NCBI RefSeq assembly: GCF_021028975.2
Contig: NC_059429.1
Coordinates: forward strand, 85,250,001-85,314,000
DNA from: Sphaerodactylus townsendi
Taxonomy: Eukaryota
DNA length: 64,000 bases
Direction: 5' to 3'
This document shows, piece by piece, positions 1 to 12,142 of the stretch. Made by a program: the position numbers and the translations under genes. The notes beneath the pieces are model-generated. The model was not told the origin of the DNA. It did no database searches and was given only the letters and a program-made list of their open reading frames with translations. The stretch's first letter is position 1. Each line of letters starts with the position of its first letter.

Positions 1-284
1 TAAGCAAAGTTTGGTTTGGCTTATTGCCAATCACTGTTTGTGGGCACCACCAATTTTCCTCTCCCTTGAGTCAGAGCCATCAGGTACATGCAGTATTTTG
101 ACCATACTTCATAACAATTTTATTTCATTAACTCAAAGCCATAGCAAAACAATAGAAACAACAAGCAAATAAAATAATACCATCATAGTATCAAGTGAAA
201 TCCATAAAATATCCATTAGAAGATTAAAACGAATAATAAACATTTTAAACATAAACTTTATAACTGGAAGAAACAGAATTAAAA

Positions 285-412
285 ATATTGTTGAAGGCTT
301 TTACGGTCGGAATCACTGGAGTGTTGTGGGGTTTCCAGGCTGTACGGCCATGTTCCAGTAGCATTTTCTCCTGATGTTTCACCTGCATCTGTGGCTGGCA
401 TCTTCAGAGTAT
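285..412 (-). mobile_element. Penelope-like element terminal fragment with minimal hammerhead motif
   Basis: Reverse strand reads tactCTGAAGAtgccagccacagatgcaggtGAAAcaTCaggagaaaatgc...gccttcaacaata. Confidence 0.85.
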
Positions 413-860
413 CTTCACAAGACTGACAATACCTTGAACATTGATATTGTTTGTAACAAAAATACAATTCTTTGTTGTTTCTGAATCACAGAAACTCTCT
501 CCAGCAGTAATAACTGGAGTTTATTTCACCTTGGCAAATCTTTTTTTTTACTTTATTCCATGTTTTAATATAATTATTTTGAAATTACCATTCATATTTG
601 ACAACATAATACCCAGATATTTCACCTTTTTTCAGCCTTAAAACCTATTTAACTCATCAACTCTATTTGATCCTGTGTATTCATGTCCGTTGTTAAAACC
701 TTTGTTTTTTGTTTATTAATCTTAAAACCCACTAAATGCCCCAGATTCATTCCATTTTGGCATAAACGATTAAGCTCCCTTTAATGGGTTTTCTAAGATA
801 AATGACAGATTATTAGCAAATGCTTTTAATTTTTGAGACTCTTCCTTTGTTTTATCATAC
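412..860 (-). mobile_element. L1-clade LINE ORF2 (RT) fragment, degenerate
   Basis: Minus-strand translation gives KLKAFANNLSFILENP (decayed F/YADD), GFKINKQKTK, KKVKYLGI and IVFLLQTI. Confidence 0.75.
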
Positions 861-2242
861 TACTAATGTACAGCCCAGACTGCTTTAACAACCTTCTGAG
901 GCCAACTTACAAATGAGATATAAGTGAAATATAATTAGCATAGTATTAGAATGGCCTTCCCACCAAGCCTGACTGAGAAAAACTGTCCTCCTATTTGAAA
1001 ATAAAGGGGCCAGCATACAATCCTGCTGTACTTCTTTACTACTGGACTAGCCAACTGGTCATGGATACCCGTTGCTTCTTAGCTTTATGGTTAAGATCAA
1101 GTGTAGTATATACAGTCTTTCACTCCTTGAGGATGATGGAAACAGCAGGGGAAACTCCAGTTATGCATTTCCTTGTGACTTAAAATGAGAGAATGACACC
1201 CCCTCCCCGGATTTCTTGTTGTATGACTGAGAACTTGGGTAGAAGTGAAATTGAGTGCTCCTCCTATCATTCAGTTTGAGAGCTAAGTTTGAGTAGCATT
1301 ACATTTGCACTAGGATCATCACTAACCATTGTTAGTACCAAACCTTAGTATGCAACCATAGTTAGAAATGGGTTTGTAAATTATAGTTTGGACAATATTT
1401 AGTATGGGTGTGACACAATTTTTAGTAGTCTGTCGACTTAAGGGAAAGAGGGACTCAAGGCGAATAACAGCTAAAAACAATGCAGTAAGAACAATATAAT
1501 ACCAACAAGATTAGAAAGCAGCACACTAAGCATAACACAAACTTAATTTGCAGAATTTCAAGACTGGAGAACCAAAACAGTGAAACATATTACCTACTAG
1601 AGAAGCAGTCTAATAAAACAGGATTACAAAATTAGAGAACAATGCAATAAAAACAGCACAATATACACAATGAAGAGAACCTTGCATCCCACATAAATTA
1701 ACCACTACAACCTATTTCAATTATCTTTAGAAAGGTCTGCTGAACAATTCTGTTTTACACATTCAGTGGAACAATAAGAGCATTGGGAGCTTCCATGCCC
1801 TTATCAAGAGGACTGGGTTACAAAATTAGTGAACAGTGCAATAAAAAAGCATAATATGCAGTGAAAACTGCCTTAAATGCCAGGCATTATCTACAGTGTT
1901 TATCACTTTTTAAGTAACCTGTACTTGACAGTTTTGTTTTATATGTTCTGCAGAATGATGGTAGAGTGAGAAACTTCTTGACATAGTTAGGTTGGTCCAG
2001 CAGGTGGGGAGCCATAGCAGAGAATTCTTAGGACTATAACCCATTTGCAGGGTGGCACCTTCAGAAGTGGAGTTGCTGCAGCCATGAGTGCCCACTGCAC
2101 AGGCAGGGAAGAGGGTCTGGTCTGTCATGTCTAAGATCACTCTTTCTCCAAGTTCTCACAGAAAGGGAACAAGAGGTAGGGTTGTACTGGATGTTTGGGG
2201 GGGAGGGGGGAGTTTGCTTTGTGTGACAGGAATTATGAATGA

Positions 2243-2470
2243 CAGCCAGTGCAATATAGTGGTTAAGAGTGTTGGACTACTAGAGTCTGGGACATCAGGG
2301 TCTGAATCCCTCCTTGCACTATGGAGTCTTACTGTGTGACCTTGAGCCAGTCAGAGACTCTCAGCATAATCTACCTCACAGGATTGTTGTGAGGATAAAA
2401 TGGAGGAGAGGTGATCATGCAAGCTACTTTGGTTTCCTACAGGGAAGAAAGGCGGGGTACAAATGAAATG
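2243..2470 (+). mobile_element. tRNA-derived squamate SINE (Squam3/MIR-like)
   Basis: Head tagtggttaagagtgttggac, then tgtgtgaccttgagccagtca and ctacctcacaggattgttgtgaggataaaatggaggag, A-rich tail. Confidence 0.75.
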
Positions 2471-4116
2471 TAATGAATATGCAGGAAAATACAACTGAAT
2501 CTGGGGAAGTTATATTTTCACTCTATTTCCCACTAATCAGATATATGTAGTATTCCATCCAATTCTGGGCATCTAAGAAAGATGAATGAGTGATTAAACC
2601 ATCTCAGATGTGAGCAATGAAGAAGGTTCGGGATATGGAAGACAAGGCTGTGAAGAAAGCCCAATGGAACTAAATATGTCAAAACTGGAGACAAGGTTAC
2701 TTAGGTCCAAACTACATGCTGTATCTACTGCATAATCATCAAGGATACTTGCAGTCACGTGACAACTGTGAATTCCCCATGGCAACTCAAATTAGAGGAG
2801 TCCAGTTTGGATCAGAATAATGGTTTGGAAAGAAAAAGGCCTCCTGCCTCCTGCCTCACTGTACCATTTTACCAACCTGTTATGTACCCAGCATCATTGT
2901 TTGCCCCACTGGAGGTACTGATGAACTGAATGCTTGCATGTCCAGCCTTTTACTAAACGGCAAACAGCATGAGGGAAGGCAGGAGCCCCTTCTTCTTGTT
3001 ATGGTGCTGACTGTGACCTGCTACAGTGGTGCTTTTCAGTTGAATTTCCATGGTTGAACTCACAGCAGACATCCTGTTGCATCACCATTGGGTTCTCATA
3101 TTAGTTTGGGTCTCAATGTTACTTTTAAAATGAGTTTCTAATGATACTGCCCCATACAATCTCTTCATGAAAATAATTTTCTGGTTCACTTTAGCAAACC
3201 CAAGCCTGTAAATATATCATATTTAGCAGCAGTGCCCAAAGCAAGAAATGCAACTGAAACTGTACCATTTCCTGGTTCCTCTTATTCTTCATTTTGTCAT
3301 TGCAGGATCAAGTACTTTAAAAACATCAGGCAACATATGTGAGCATGTAACCCTTAGTCACAAATTCAGTTATTAAGACTTCCCACATTGGCTGTCAAAA
3401 AGTAAGTCCCATACCCACTTTTATAGAACAGTTTACTTCTAAGAAGTAACAAAATTGGCATTTCCCCCTTAATTTTTTTTCCTTCTGATAACTGTAACTG
3501 GTATAGGTCATTGTCTGGTTCGTTCCCAGGACTCAGTTTAATGTAACCTGAGATTGGATTGGTGATATGTTGCAGTCAGTCCCATCACAAAGGAAATTTG
3601 TGGCATTGTGGTTTCTGGCTCTTTCAGTGACCAAAAACACAAGCAAAACAGATGCTCCCAGCCCTTTAGAATGAGAAAGAATAAGCAATGGTCTCTCTTT
3701 ATCTCCCATTATGAAGATAGTATTGTTGTTCCACGCCCACACAGAGCATTGTCTCTCCAGTCTTTTGAAGCACTGGATTAACTGATTTGATGAAAGCAAA
3801 TGTGTTCAGAGCTGAATAGCAAAATTCCATTATGCTCTAAAGTAAGGACTTGTGGATTGGGCCATGTAATCATTGTAGTCCACAAGAAAGTTACTCATGG
3901 TTTCAAGGGCCAGGGATTAAGCTGACTACAAAATTACCACTGCACACTATTTGGTTTATAAGAAAGATTCTGAGATAAGACCATCCACAGCCTTCTAGTA
4001 GCAACTGTAGTACCAGTTAACCACTAGCCCAGGATAGCACACACATGACATCTTCTAAATAGTAGAAGATTAATCCTTAGGTAACTTCATTTCTTTCCCC
4101 AAGATTTGTCAACACA

Positions 4117-4405
4117 GGAGCATCGTGGCACAGATTGGTAAACTGCAATACTGCAGTTGAAGCTCTGCTCACAACCTGAGTTTGATCCCAACAGACGTTG
4201 GTTTCACGTTGCCAGCTCAAGGTTGACTCAGCCTTCCACCCTTCCAAGTTCGATAAAATGAGTACTGCTTGCTGGGCGTAAAGTGTAGATGACTAAGGAA
4301 GGCAATGGCAAACCACCTTATAAACATGGTCTACCTAGAACACATTGTGATGTCACCCCATGTTCAGTAATGACCTGGTGCTTGCACAAGGGACTGCTTT
4401 TACCT
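4117..4405 (+). mobile_element. Sauria SINE
   Basis: Diagnostic ctcaaggttgactcagccttccacccttcc core, gaaggcaatggcaaaccacc tail and a ctttacct end. Confidence 0.8.
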
Positions 4406-4625
4406 ATAGCTAATGAAAGGTCAGTAAAGTACCTATTGCAAATAGTGAATTAGCTGGCAGAATGAATTTAGAATGACTGGCTGTTCAACCACTCCTGGTG
4501 CTCAACCATAGAATTGAATTATTCTGTGCCAACTTCCTTGGCCACTGCTGGCCACAATTTCATCTTCTGAGACTCTTTGAACTGAATTTTATACAGTGTC
4601 ACCTTGACTTAGGTACCATTTGAAA

Positions 4626-5112
4626 CATAGGTCCCCAGCCCTTTGACCCTGTGAACATCTTTGGAATTATGATTCAAGTGTTGAACATAACCACAAAATG
4701 ACTACCAATAGAAGCAGAACCAGCTACAATATGGCTGCCTAGGAGGTGGAGACGACCACAAAATTTCAGGAAGTGAGGTTATGCATAATTCTAATAGTAA
4801 CTCTTCAACATCTCAAGCAAAAGTTGGCCTTAATAGGATATCTTTTAAAATAAACACATTGTAAAATGTTTTCTTGCATACATGTAACTTATCTGCAGCG
4901 ATGCAGGGGAGATCCGTATGCTGTGTTGGCAGCTGCAGCTAAAGCCCCCCCCCCCCCCCGCCCCACAGTCTATACAGCTAATCTAATCTCTAGTGGTTGA
5001 TCAAAAGCCATACTGAGCAAAAGTCACACCTCACCCTAAAAACACTTGGTAGTTGCCAGAAAAAATGTCAGCAGCTGCCATTGTGCCAGGAGCACTATGT
5101 TGGGCATTCCTG
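4626..5112. mobile_element. Old non-autonomous hAT-like DNA element (same family as 54210-55513)
   Basis: Degenerate TIRs (...gttgggcattcctg). Internal catctttggaatt, atggctgcc and taactcttcaacat are shared with the 54.2 kb copy. Confidence 0.55.
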
Positions 5113-7445
5113 ATATAGAATATCTAGTGCCATGTTTCTGGCTCATGGATTCTTGTTTTCAAATGATGTGGCTGTGTATGTAGGGTTTGCACAAGTTCCA
5201 TTGGGTGTAAACCACCTTACCATAATTGAGCTGGGTCTTGTCAATTATTTCTACTAGCGGAATTCATTTCTGTTAGCAGAATGGAACTTACCTGCCTGCC
5301 CCCTTTTGCTGTAGCCCACTGATCCTCCCAAAGTCGTGCTCCTGATGGACAGGAGACCTCCAGAAACAGCATGGGGTATGAGATATACTGTGAAAGGAAG
5401 GAACAGGTGAGACTCACCGCCCTTTCTATTAGTGGACATGACTGTTCATATCCAACCTGTTGTCTCAACTGATCATTGGTGTAGAGGGAGAGAACACTTT
5501 CAACACTGTGCCCACAACTTTATTTCGTGCAACCTTAATCATTTGCTTTTCCCTTTTCAGTGGCTCATTGGTGAATAGATCTTGTGGAGCTAATCAGGGC
5601 CCCACAATTTTGGGCTGATCTTGGTAATCTTCCCTAATTTGGGCATGCAGGAGACCTTCTCCTAACTCAGGAAGAGGCAGGGCCTCATCTCTGATGTAAC
5701 ATAGAGTTTTAGAAACATGAAGAAAGTAATGTTCAGCACAACCTGAGGAATTAGACTCTGTCCTTTTCCCAAGCCTATGAAGAGGTGGGAGCTCTCTCCA
5801 ACCTCATGCCAAGCTTGTATCACCAGATGAATACATGCCAGTGGGAAGCTTGGAAATACATCTGTGACCCACTGTGCTAAAGTGATCAGCAGTTTCATTC
5901 ATACATTCAGCTGCTGTACATGTTTGGAATATAACATGACAGTTATTCAATGGACATATAAACAAAAATCAAGTGTGTACTGTACACAGATTGTATGCGC
6001 ATTCAGCATAATTTATGAACGGGGTATTGTCTACATGTATAAAAGTGTGCACATACAGATTTTCTCCGTGATCAGGAATGTTGCTTTTTCCAGAAGGATG
6101 AAGCCTATGCACATATATTTCTTCTATGGATATTTCCATGCTGATGAGCTGGTGGTTGCATGTAGGTGGGGCAAGCCCAGCACACTCATTCCTGCTCCTC
6201 CCACTAATGTGCTTTGATTTCAGTTCTCAAAATTGTACTGTAGAGAGCTATAGTGTACATATAGTTTTTCTTTGTCCACACATAGATGAATTAGGTTACA
6301 TTCAATGTGATTTAAATCCCACATTTATCCAGATACTGGTTCCCAGTTTTATTTTTCAAGTAACACACATTGACTGTCCTTATAAATAAATGCCCATGCC
6401 TTCCCTGACGTCACCTATACCAGCTCAGAAAAAGCTGGCATCTCTGGAGAGATAGAATCTTCCCTGCTGCCCCATGTTCCTCACATCTGACCTGCTCAAA
6501 CAGCAGTTTTAGCTCTTTCACAACCTTCAGGTGGCCATTTAAAAGCTTACCTCCTTGGATGATTTTTTAATTGCTCTGATCTGGGAAGCTTTGGCATATG
6601 GGCAGATGTAGTGCCATCAGATCTCTTTGCCATGCTTAGAAGAGTGCCCTACAGACTTTTCTTCCTCTCTTTTTATATGGTCCTCCCTTCGTATTTCGGT
6701 TTTGAAGTGCACTATGATTGGTGTGGTATTTGCACTGATGAGAACACTAAACGTTGGCAAACCCACTTTTATCCATGGGTGTGAACTAGGACTGAACACT
6801 CTGTCTAGTGAAAAAGATAGTGAAAACTTACTGCTCCTTAACTCTGAAACTGAAAGGCGGTGGGTTTGCTTGCACCCCAGGTATGCCAGCCTCAGGTGTA
6901 ACCTGGGGATCCCCTGAAATTAGACCTCATCTCCAGACTACAAAGATCAGTTTCCCAGGAGAAAATGGATGCTTTGGAAGGTGAACTCTATGGCACTGTA
7001 CCCCACTAAGGCCTCCAGGCTCCATTCCCAAATCTTTCGACGTTCTGGAAGCCCTAACATCATAAGAAGGGAGGAGCCTGTGAGCCTGTGGGGCACTAGC
7101 AATTGCCTAGCCACTGTGAGGTGACCTGGCAGCATTCCTCTTCATCAGGGCCATCCTAAACTCCACCTCAGAATCTGGGGAAGAGTGGTAATACATGAAA
7201 GGAGAAGAAGCATGGGACTCTCTCACTACACTTCCTCCATGAATGCTACATTAGCCTTCCAATAGCCTTCCTCCTGTCAGAAGCGCCTTGAGTCTTTGAG
7301 TGCATGTATGAGACACCTCCAGGACATGCAAGCTGCTACCACCCCTGTCAGTACTGAAGGGCAGGTTGAAGAATGGGATGGCTGAAAGGAAAGTGAAAGT
7401 GTTCAATGGTGAGGCTAACTCCTCCCTTCTCTTCTGGCCCCCGCT

Positions 7446-7507
7446 GTTGCTATGGTAACTGAAACAAAGCCCCTTTCCCTCTTTTGAGATTGTTAATTGT
7501 TTTTGTT
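7446..7507. promoter_or_regulatory. Candidate enhancer motif cluster: RFX X-box plus SOX sites
   Basis: GTTGCTATGGTAAC (7446-7459) fits the X-box consensus. AACAAAG at 7463-7469 and ATTGTT at 7489 and 7496, in sequence with no recognisable repeat. Confidence 0.4.
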
Positions 7508-8479
7508 CTTCCCTCAGGCCCCCTTTTTTAAATTGTCCAGTTATTTCTGGATGGGCGTCCCCCCCCCCCCCAGCACTCTCCTTTTATTTCATACTGTCAG
7601 GAAATCAATGGGGTAGTTTTTAAAGGTGTGCGACATGGTGAAGTAATTAACAGTGTTCTCTTGCAAGAGGGTGAAAAAATAAAAAAGAAGCCCCAAAGAA
7701 TGGTTAGAGAGGAAGACCCTTGAGATAAAGGCCTTTGAAGGCAATGGCACAACAATGCAACTGGCCGCCTTTGACCTCTGAGGGCTTGTCTCTCACGGCT
7801 AAGCCCAGCCTATTGTGTTGGCATCTCTCAGGAAATCTCCCACACTTGTGCTCTTATTGGAGGGGGTCCACAGAGAATAAGAGCAGCATCGATCAAAGCC
7901 ATGTCTGGCACAGCTTCTGAGGCCTATTGCATGAAAATGTCAGTGAATGTACTGCCCAAGAGACATGCCTTAGAGACACAATGTTGTTATTGCACCCTCC
8001 CCTCCCCCCCCCCCCTGTTTTCTTGTTTGGGATGAATATCAAAACCTTATTGGAAATAGTAGAATGTGTGTATGTGCAGAAAGACTTTTATGAAAGGTGA
8101 GCAGATTATGCTAATAGATGAATAAAAGAGTTTCTCGCACAGCTCAATCCGAAGCACACTGCAATTGTTTTTAGTGTTCAAAATGGATTCCTGGATTTAT
8201 TACATTTTTAGAGTTTGTGCAGGGCAGCACAGACATGTTGCAAATTAGATTGAGAGATATTGCAATCCTGTGCTTACTTTCATGGGAGCAAGTTCTGTTG
8301 AGCATAGTTATTGCTGAGTAAACAAGTATGAATGTCATACCTGAGTAGAAATTGAACCAAATGCTCGCCTGTAAAAACTCATAAATCCAGTTATGTGTCA
8401 TCAGCTCATTTTGGATTTCTTCACAAATACCAGCAAAGTTTCCATAGAAATCAATGAATTTATAGAGAATTATTATAAC

Positions 8480-8780
8480 GTATTGTTGAAGGCTTTCGCA
8501 GCCAGATTCAATTGGTTGTGGTGGGTTTTCCGGGCTGTGTGGCTGTGGTCTGGTAGATCTTGTTCCTAATGTTTCACCTGCATCTGCGGCTGGCATCTTC
8601 AGAGTTGTATCACAGAGAAAAGTCTGTTTCACACTGTGTCTAGTGAGAAGGGAAAGTTTAGTGGAATATATTGTCCATGTCCCAGGGTGGGGAACCAATC
8701 AGTAAGTGTTTGGGTGGAACTTGCTATGCAAAGGTGTGGTTGAGTGCATTGTACTGAGGGTGGGGTTATCAGTTCATTTA
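8480..8780 (-). mobile_element. Penelope-like element fragment with hammerhead motif (8563-8605)
   Basis: Reverse strand aactCTGAAGAtgccagccgcagatgcaggtGAAAcattaggaacaagatc...gccttcaacaatac. Confidence 0.85.
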
Positions 8781-9977
8781 CCAGTACTTAAAAACATCAA
8801 AGAATCTTCTACTATAAACTTTTACTAGAGCAGCCGCGCAGGGCTAGGGAACCCGCAGGGTTCTTATAGAACTTTTCAAAGGCTACAATACAATCAAACA
8901 GACAATGCAGGGCAGTCAAAAACAAAGAAAAACAATTTAAAACACAATACAAAGTACTCAGAAGACAATGAATGAGCCCCAAGTCTCCTGATACTACGCT
9001 CCCAACGAGGGGAAAACTGGAAGTGGGAAAAGAGTCCCTATCTTGGGTGCTGATGCCATTTATTCAGAAGGACCTTGCTGAAGGTTGCACCCATGGCCAG
9101 ATGATGAGTTTAAATTGTCAAAACAAAAGCCAGAGCACAGTGAGCGGTCCAATCTTCCGGGTTGGGTGTTACATCACAATAAAGAATCCCACACCCTCTT
9201 TTGAGAGTTCATTGTCCTTTGTGGTTGGGGATCCGGAGTTATTGTTAAAGTGATGAAATCATCTCCAGAGTGTGGGGAAGGAAGGAGGCAATCAGTTTCC
9301 AAGTTGCTGAGAGCCTTCAGATAAAAAGAAACCTAAAAAGAAAATATATCTAGCTGAAAATGTACCTAACTAAATACATACATATATAAGAATAAAACCA
9401 AATTTTCCAGTCACATAAAATATGTTTTTATTTTATTGAAAATCACTGCTCATAATACTAGAAGGTAATGATACTATCAACAATGCTCAACAAGAGAAGT
9501 ATCAGTTGCTCTGGAATATAGAAGGGTAGGTCCATAGTGATATCATTATGTAGCCAACATAGCTATTGGTGTTGATCAAAGAATGTAGGTGGTGATGTTG
9601 GTCCTTAACAAAATCCAACAATAAAACCCACACAATGCCTTTTCTTAAGACCAATCAAAATGGGACAACACATATATTCAGGCTGGCTGGGATTTTTTTT
9701 TTAAGAAAAAAACATTAAATGAGGGGAAGATGAAATAATCTTTCAGACTGTGATCTTAAGTCTGTCCTGTGATCCTGGTCTGAAAGATCCCTGCCCCTTT
9801 AACATTATTGTATTTGTTTATTTCCTTTATTTACAGTCCACCCTTTTGCTAAAACTGAAGACAGGTTACAGGATTTAAAGCAGAGGAATCAGAGAGTACA
9901 AAACCACCAATGAACAATGCAATAGGACTAGGATTACAAAATCAGAGAATAATACAAACCAAAACAAAAAACCAAAA

Positions 9978-10001
9978 GACACACACACACACACACACAC
10001 C
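9978..10001. repeat. (CA)n microsatellite
   Basis: Direct observation. Confidence 0.95.
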
Positions 10002-10285
10002 GAACTAAGACAGAATTATAGTATCAACAATATAGAAAGTGGATTACAGGTTTAAAACAATGCTGTAAAAGTAGGTGATCCCTATAGTGGATTATGTTCC
10101 TGTTCTACTGTAAAGGTGCTTACAAATTTACAAAAGGTGCTTACACATAAATTGATTTGGTTGGATTGGATGAAGGCATTTACATGGCTTTTTTCATATT
10201 GATATTGGGATGACACTGGTTTACTATGGATTCTTTGATTGACTTGAAGATCTATGAAATCTTTGGCTTTAAATTGTGTTGATTG

Positions 10286-10485
10286 TGGTGGGTTTTCCAG
10301 GCTGTGTGGCCATGGTCTGGTGGATCTTGTTCCTAACATTTCGCCTGCATCTGTGATACACCTCTGAAGATGCCAGCCACAGATGCAGGCAAAACGTTAG
10401 GAACAAGATCCACCAGACCACGGCCACACAGCCTGGAAAACCCACCAGAACCGTTGAATCCGGATGTGAATGCCTTCAACAATAC
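10286..10485. mobile_element. Inverted (fold-back) Penelope-like terminal repeat pair
   Basis: 10286-10355 is the reverse complement of 10378-10447 (3 mismatches). The spacer contains CTGAAGA and the right copy ends gccttcaacaatac. Confidence 0.88.
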
Positions 10486-12001
10486 ATTTAAGATGTGTTG
10501 TTTTTCTGTGGTTATATCTGGGTTTCTCTGACCTGACACAGTCAGAAGGCCACTGCTGAACAGGTGGAACAGAATAAAGAATCATGAAACTGTCCTACAA
10601 GTGTTTTAAGGACTTTAATGACAAAAAATTCAGCAAAGAAAGCTTGTCTCCTCTACAGTGCTTTTACAAGCCAGCTATCAGTAGCCTTTATTGCACAGGA
10701 TTCCTTACTTTGTCTATATTATACCATGTTTTTCTGTCATCTGTTTATTACTGACACAGCCAGAAGGCAGCTGCTGGAAGCTAAATTTCGAAGTGCCACA
10801 AGGGCCTGGTTCAGATTGGGACAACATGGTTGTGGGAAGGAGGGGCTTCAGTCTCCCCCACCTGTTTCCCTGTCCTGAAGTACTTTATTGTTGTCACATG
10901 CAGGATTTTGTGCAGGCCCTCAAGTACAGAAACTCTTTCAGGTGAAAAAGATAGTTTAAAGACTGGGGAAAACAATGGCAACAAAAGGCACAAAATTTTC
11001 CAAAAAAAAACCCTGAATAATTTCATAGATTCTTTTTGTAGCTCCTGCTCCCCCCCCCCCCCCCCCGCAATAGCAACTTTTACATGAAAATGTAACCTTA
11101 TAAAAATCCAGCACAGCACCAGAATCAAGGCAGATGAAGCAGGCATTTATGTCATAAATCCTGACCACAGTTTCAGCATTTTGATCTCCTGATTTTCTAG
11201 GGTTACCAGTCTCTAGATGGGCCCTGGAGATCTTCCAGAATGACAACTAATCTCCAGACTACAGAAATAAATTTCCCTGGGAAAAAATAGTTGCTTTGGA
11301 AGGTGGATTCTATAGCATTTTGATATTGGAAGCCAAGAAGAGAGCAAATATCCCTTTCTGTTCATTTCTCCTTTCTCCAGTATATGGGGCTGGAGTGGGG
11401 GGAGGAAAATGTGTGGTTCAGAGCTATGCTTTTGAACTCTGAAATGCTAACTTACAACATTGAAACTAGAATGATCACAGCCTTGAATTTCCAGAACTAA
11501 ATTGAAAGCTGCCATCCAATGGCAGGACCATCATGAAAATAAGAGGAATCACTCTATCCCTCCCTGTTTATGGTGCAAACCCAGTTTATCTAGCTTTGGC
11601 CATTACTCAGATGGCTGCGTTCAAGTGCAATTGGCAAGTGACCATTCAACTGCAAATTTGAGATCCTGTAGATCCTGTAGATCAACTGACCTTTAGAGGC
11701 TTCTCTGTAACCCTTCCTCCTTTCAACTTGAAAGAGAAAAATGTCTTAGGAGAATCTGAAGAAGTAAGGAGAATAACTTCTTAAAAAGGGAAGGGTCTCA
11801 TAGCCACTATGTCTGCTACTATTTCCTGTGCATCAGAGAGAGAGAGCTACCTCACACCACTGATTCTCTTTGAATGTCACAAAAGGCATAAGGTATCAAC
11901 CAAACTTTAGCATGAGTCATCATCCCCATGACCTGTGTCTACATTTTGTTTGTTTTCATCACCATGATTTTTGCCACCAAGGTCTAACCTGAGAAATAAA
12001 T

Positions 12002-12142
12002 GGCTCATTCCGCACATGCAGAATAATGCACTTTCGAACTGCTTTCAGTGCTCTTTGAAGCTGTGCGGAATGGCAAAATCCACTTGCAAACAGTTGTGAA
12101 AGTGGTTTGAAAACACATTATTTTGCATGTGTGGAAGGGGCC
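12002..12142. mobile_element. MITE (PIF/Harbinger-like)
   Basis: TIRs ggctcattccgcacatgca / tgcatgtgtggaaggggcc, flanked by AAT on both sides. A partial related copy lies at 30582-30651. Confidence 0.7.

Noticed and set aside
1919-2154. Minus-strand segment reading MAPHLLDQPNYVKKFLTLPSF as a coding exon
   Set aside because: No recognisable homology and weak splice sites (GAG acceptor, GTTACT donor); kept only as a weak part of the divergent-transcript hypothesis.
8171-8698. 175-aa minus-strand ORF
   Set aside because: Chimeric read-through of a Penelope terminal repeat, unique sequence, the 32-nt insert and a MITE; the MPAADAGET peptide recurs only because the repeat does.
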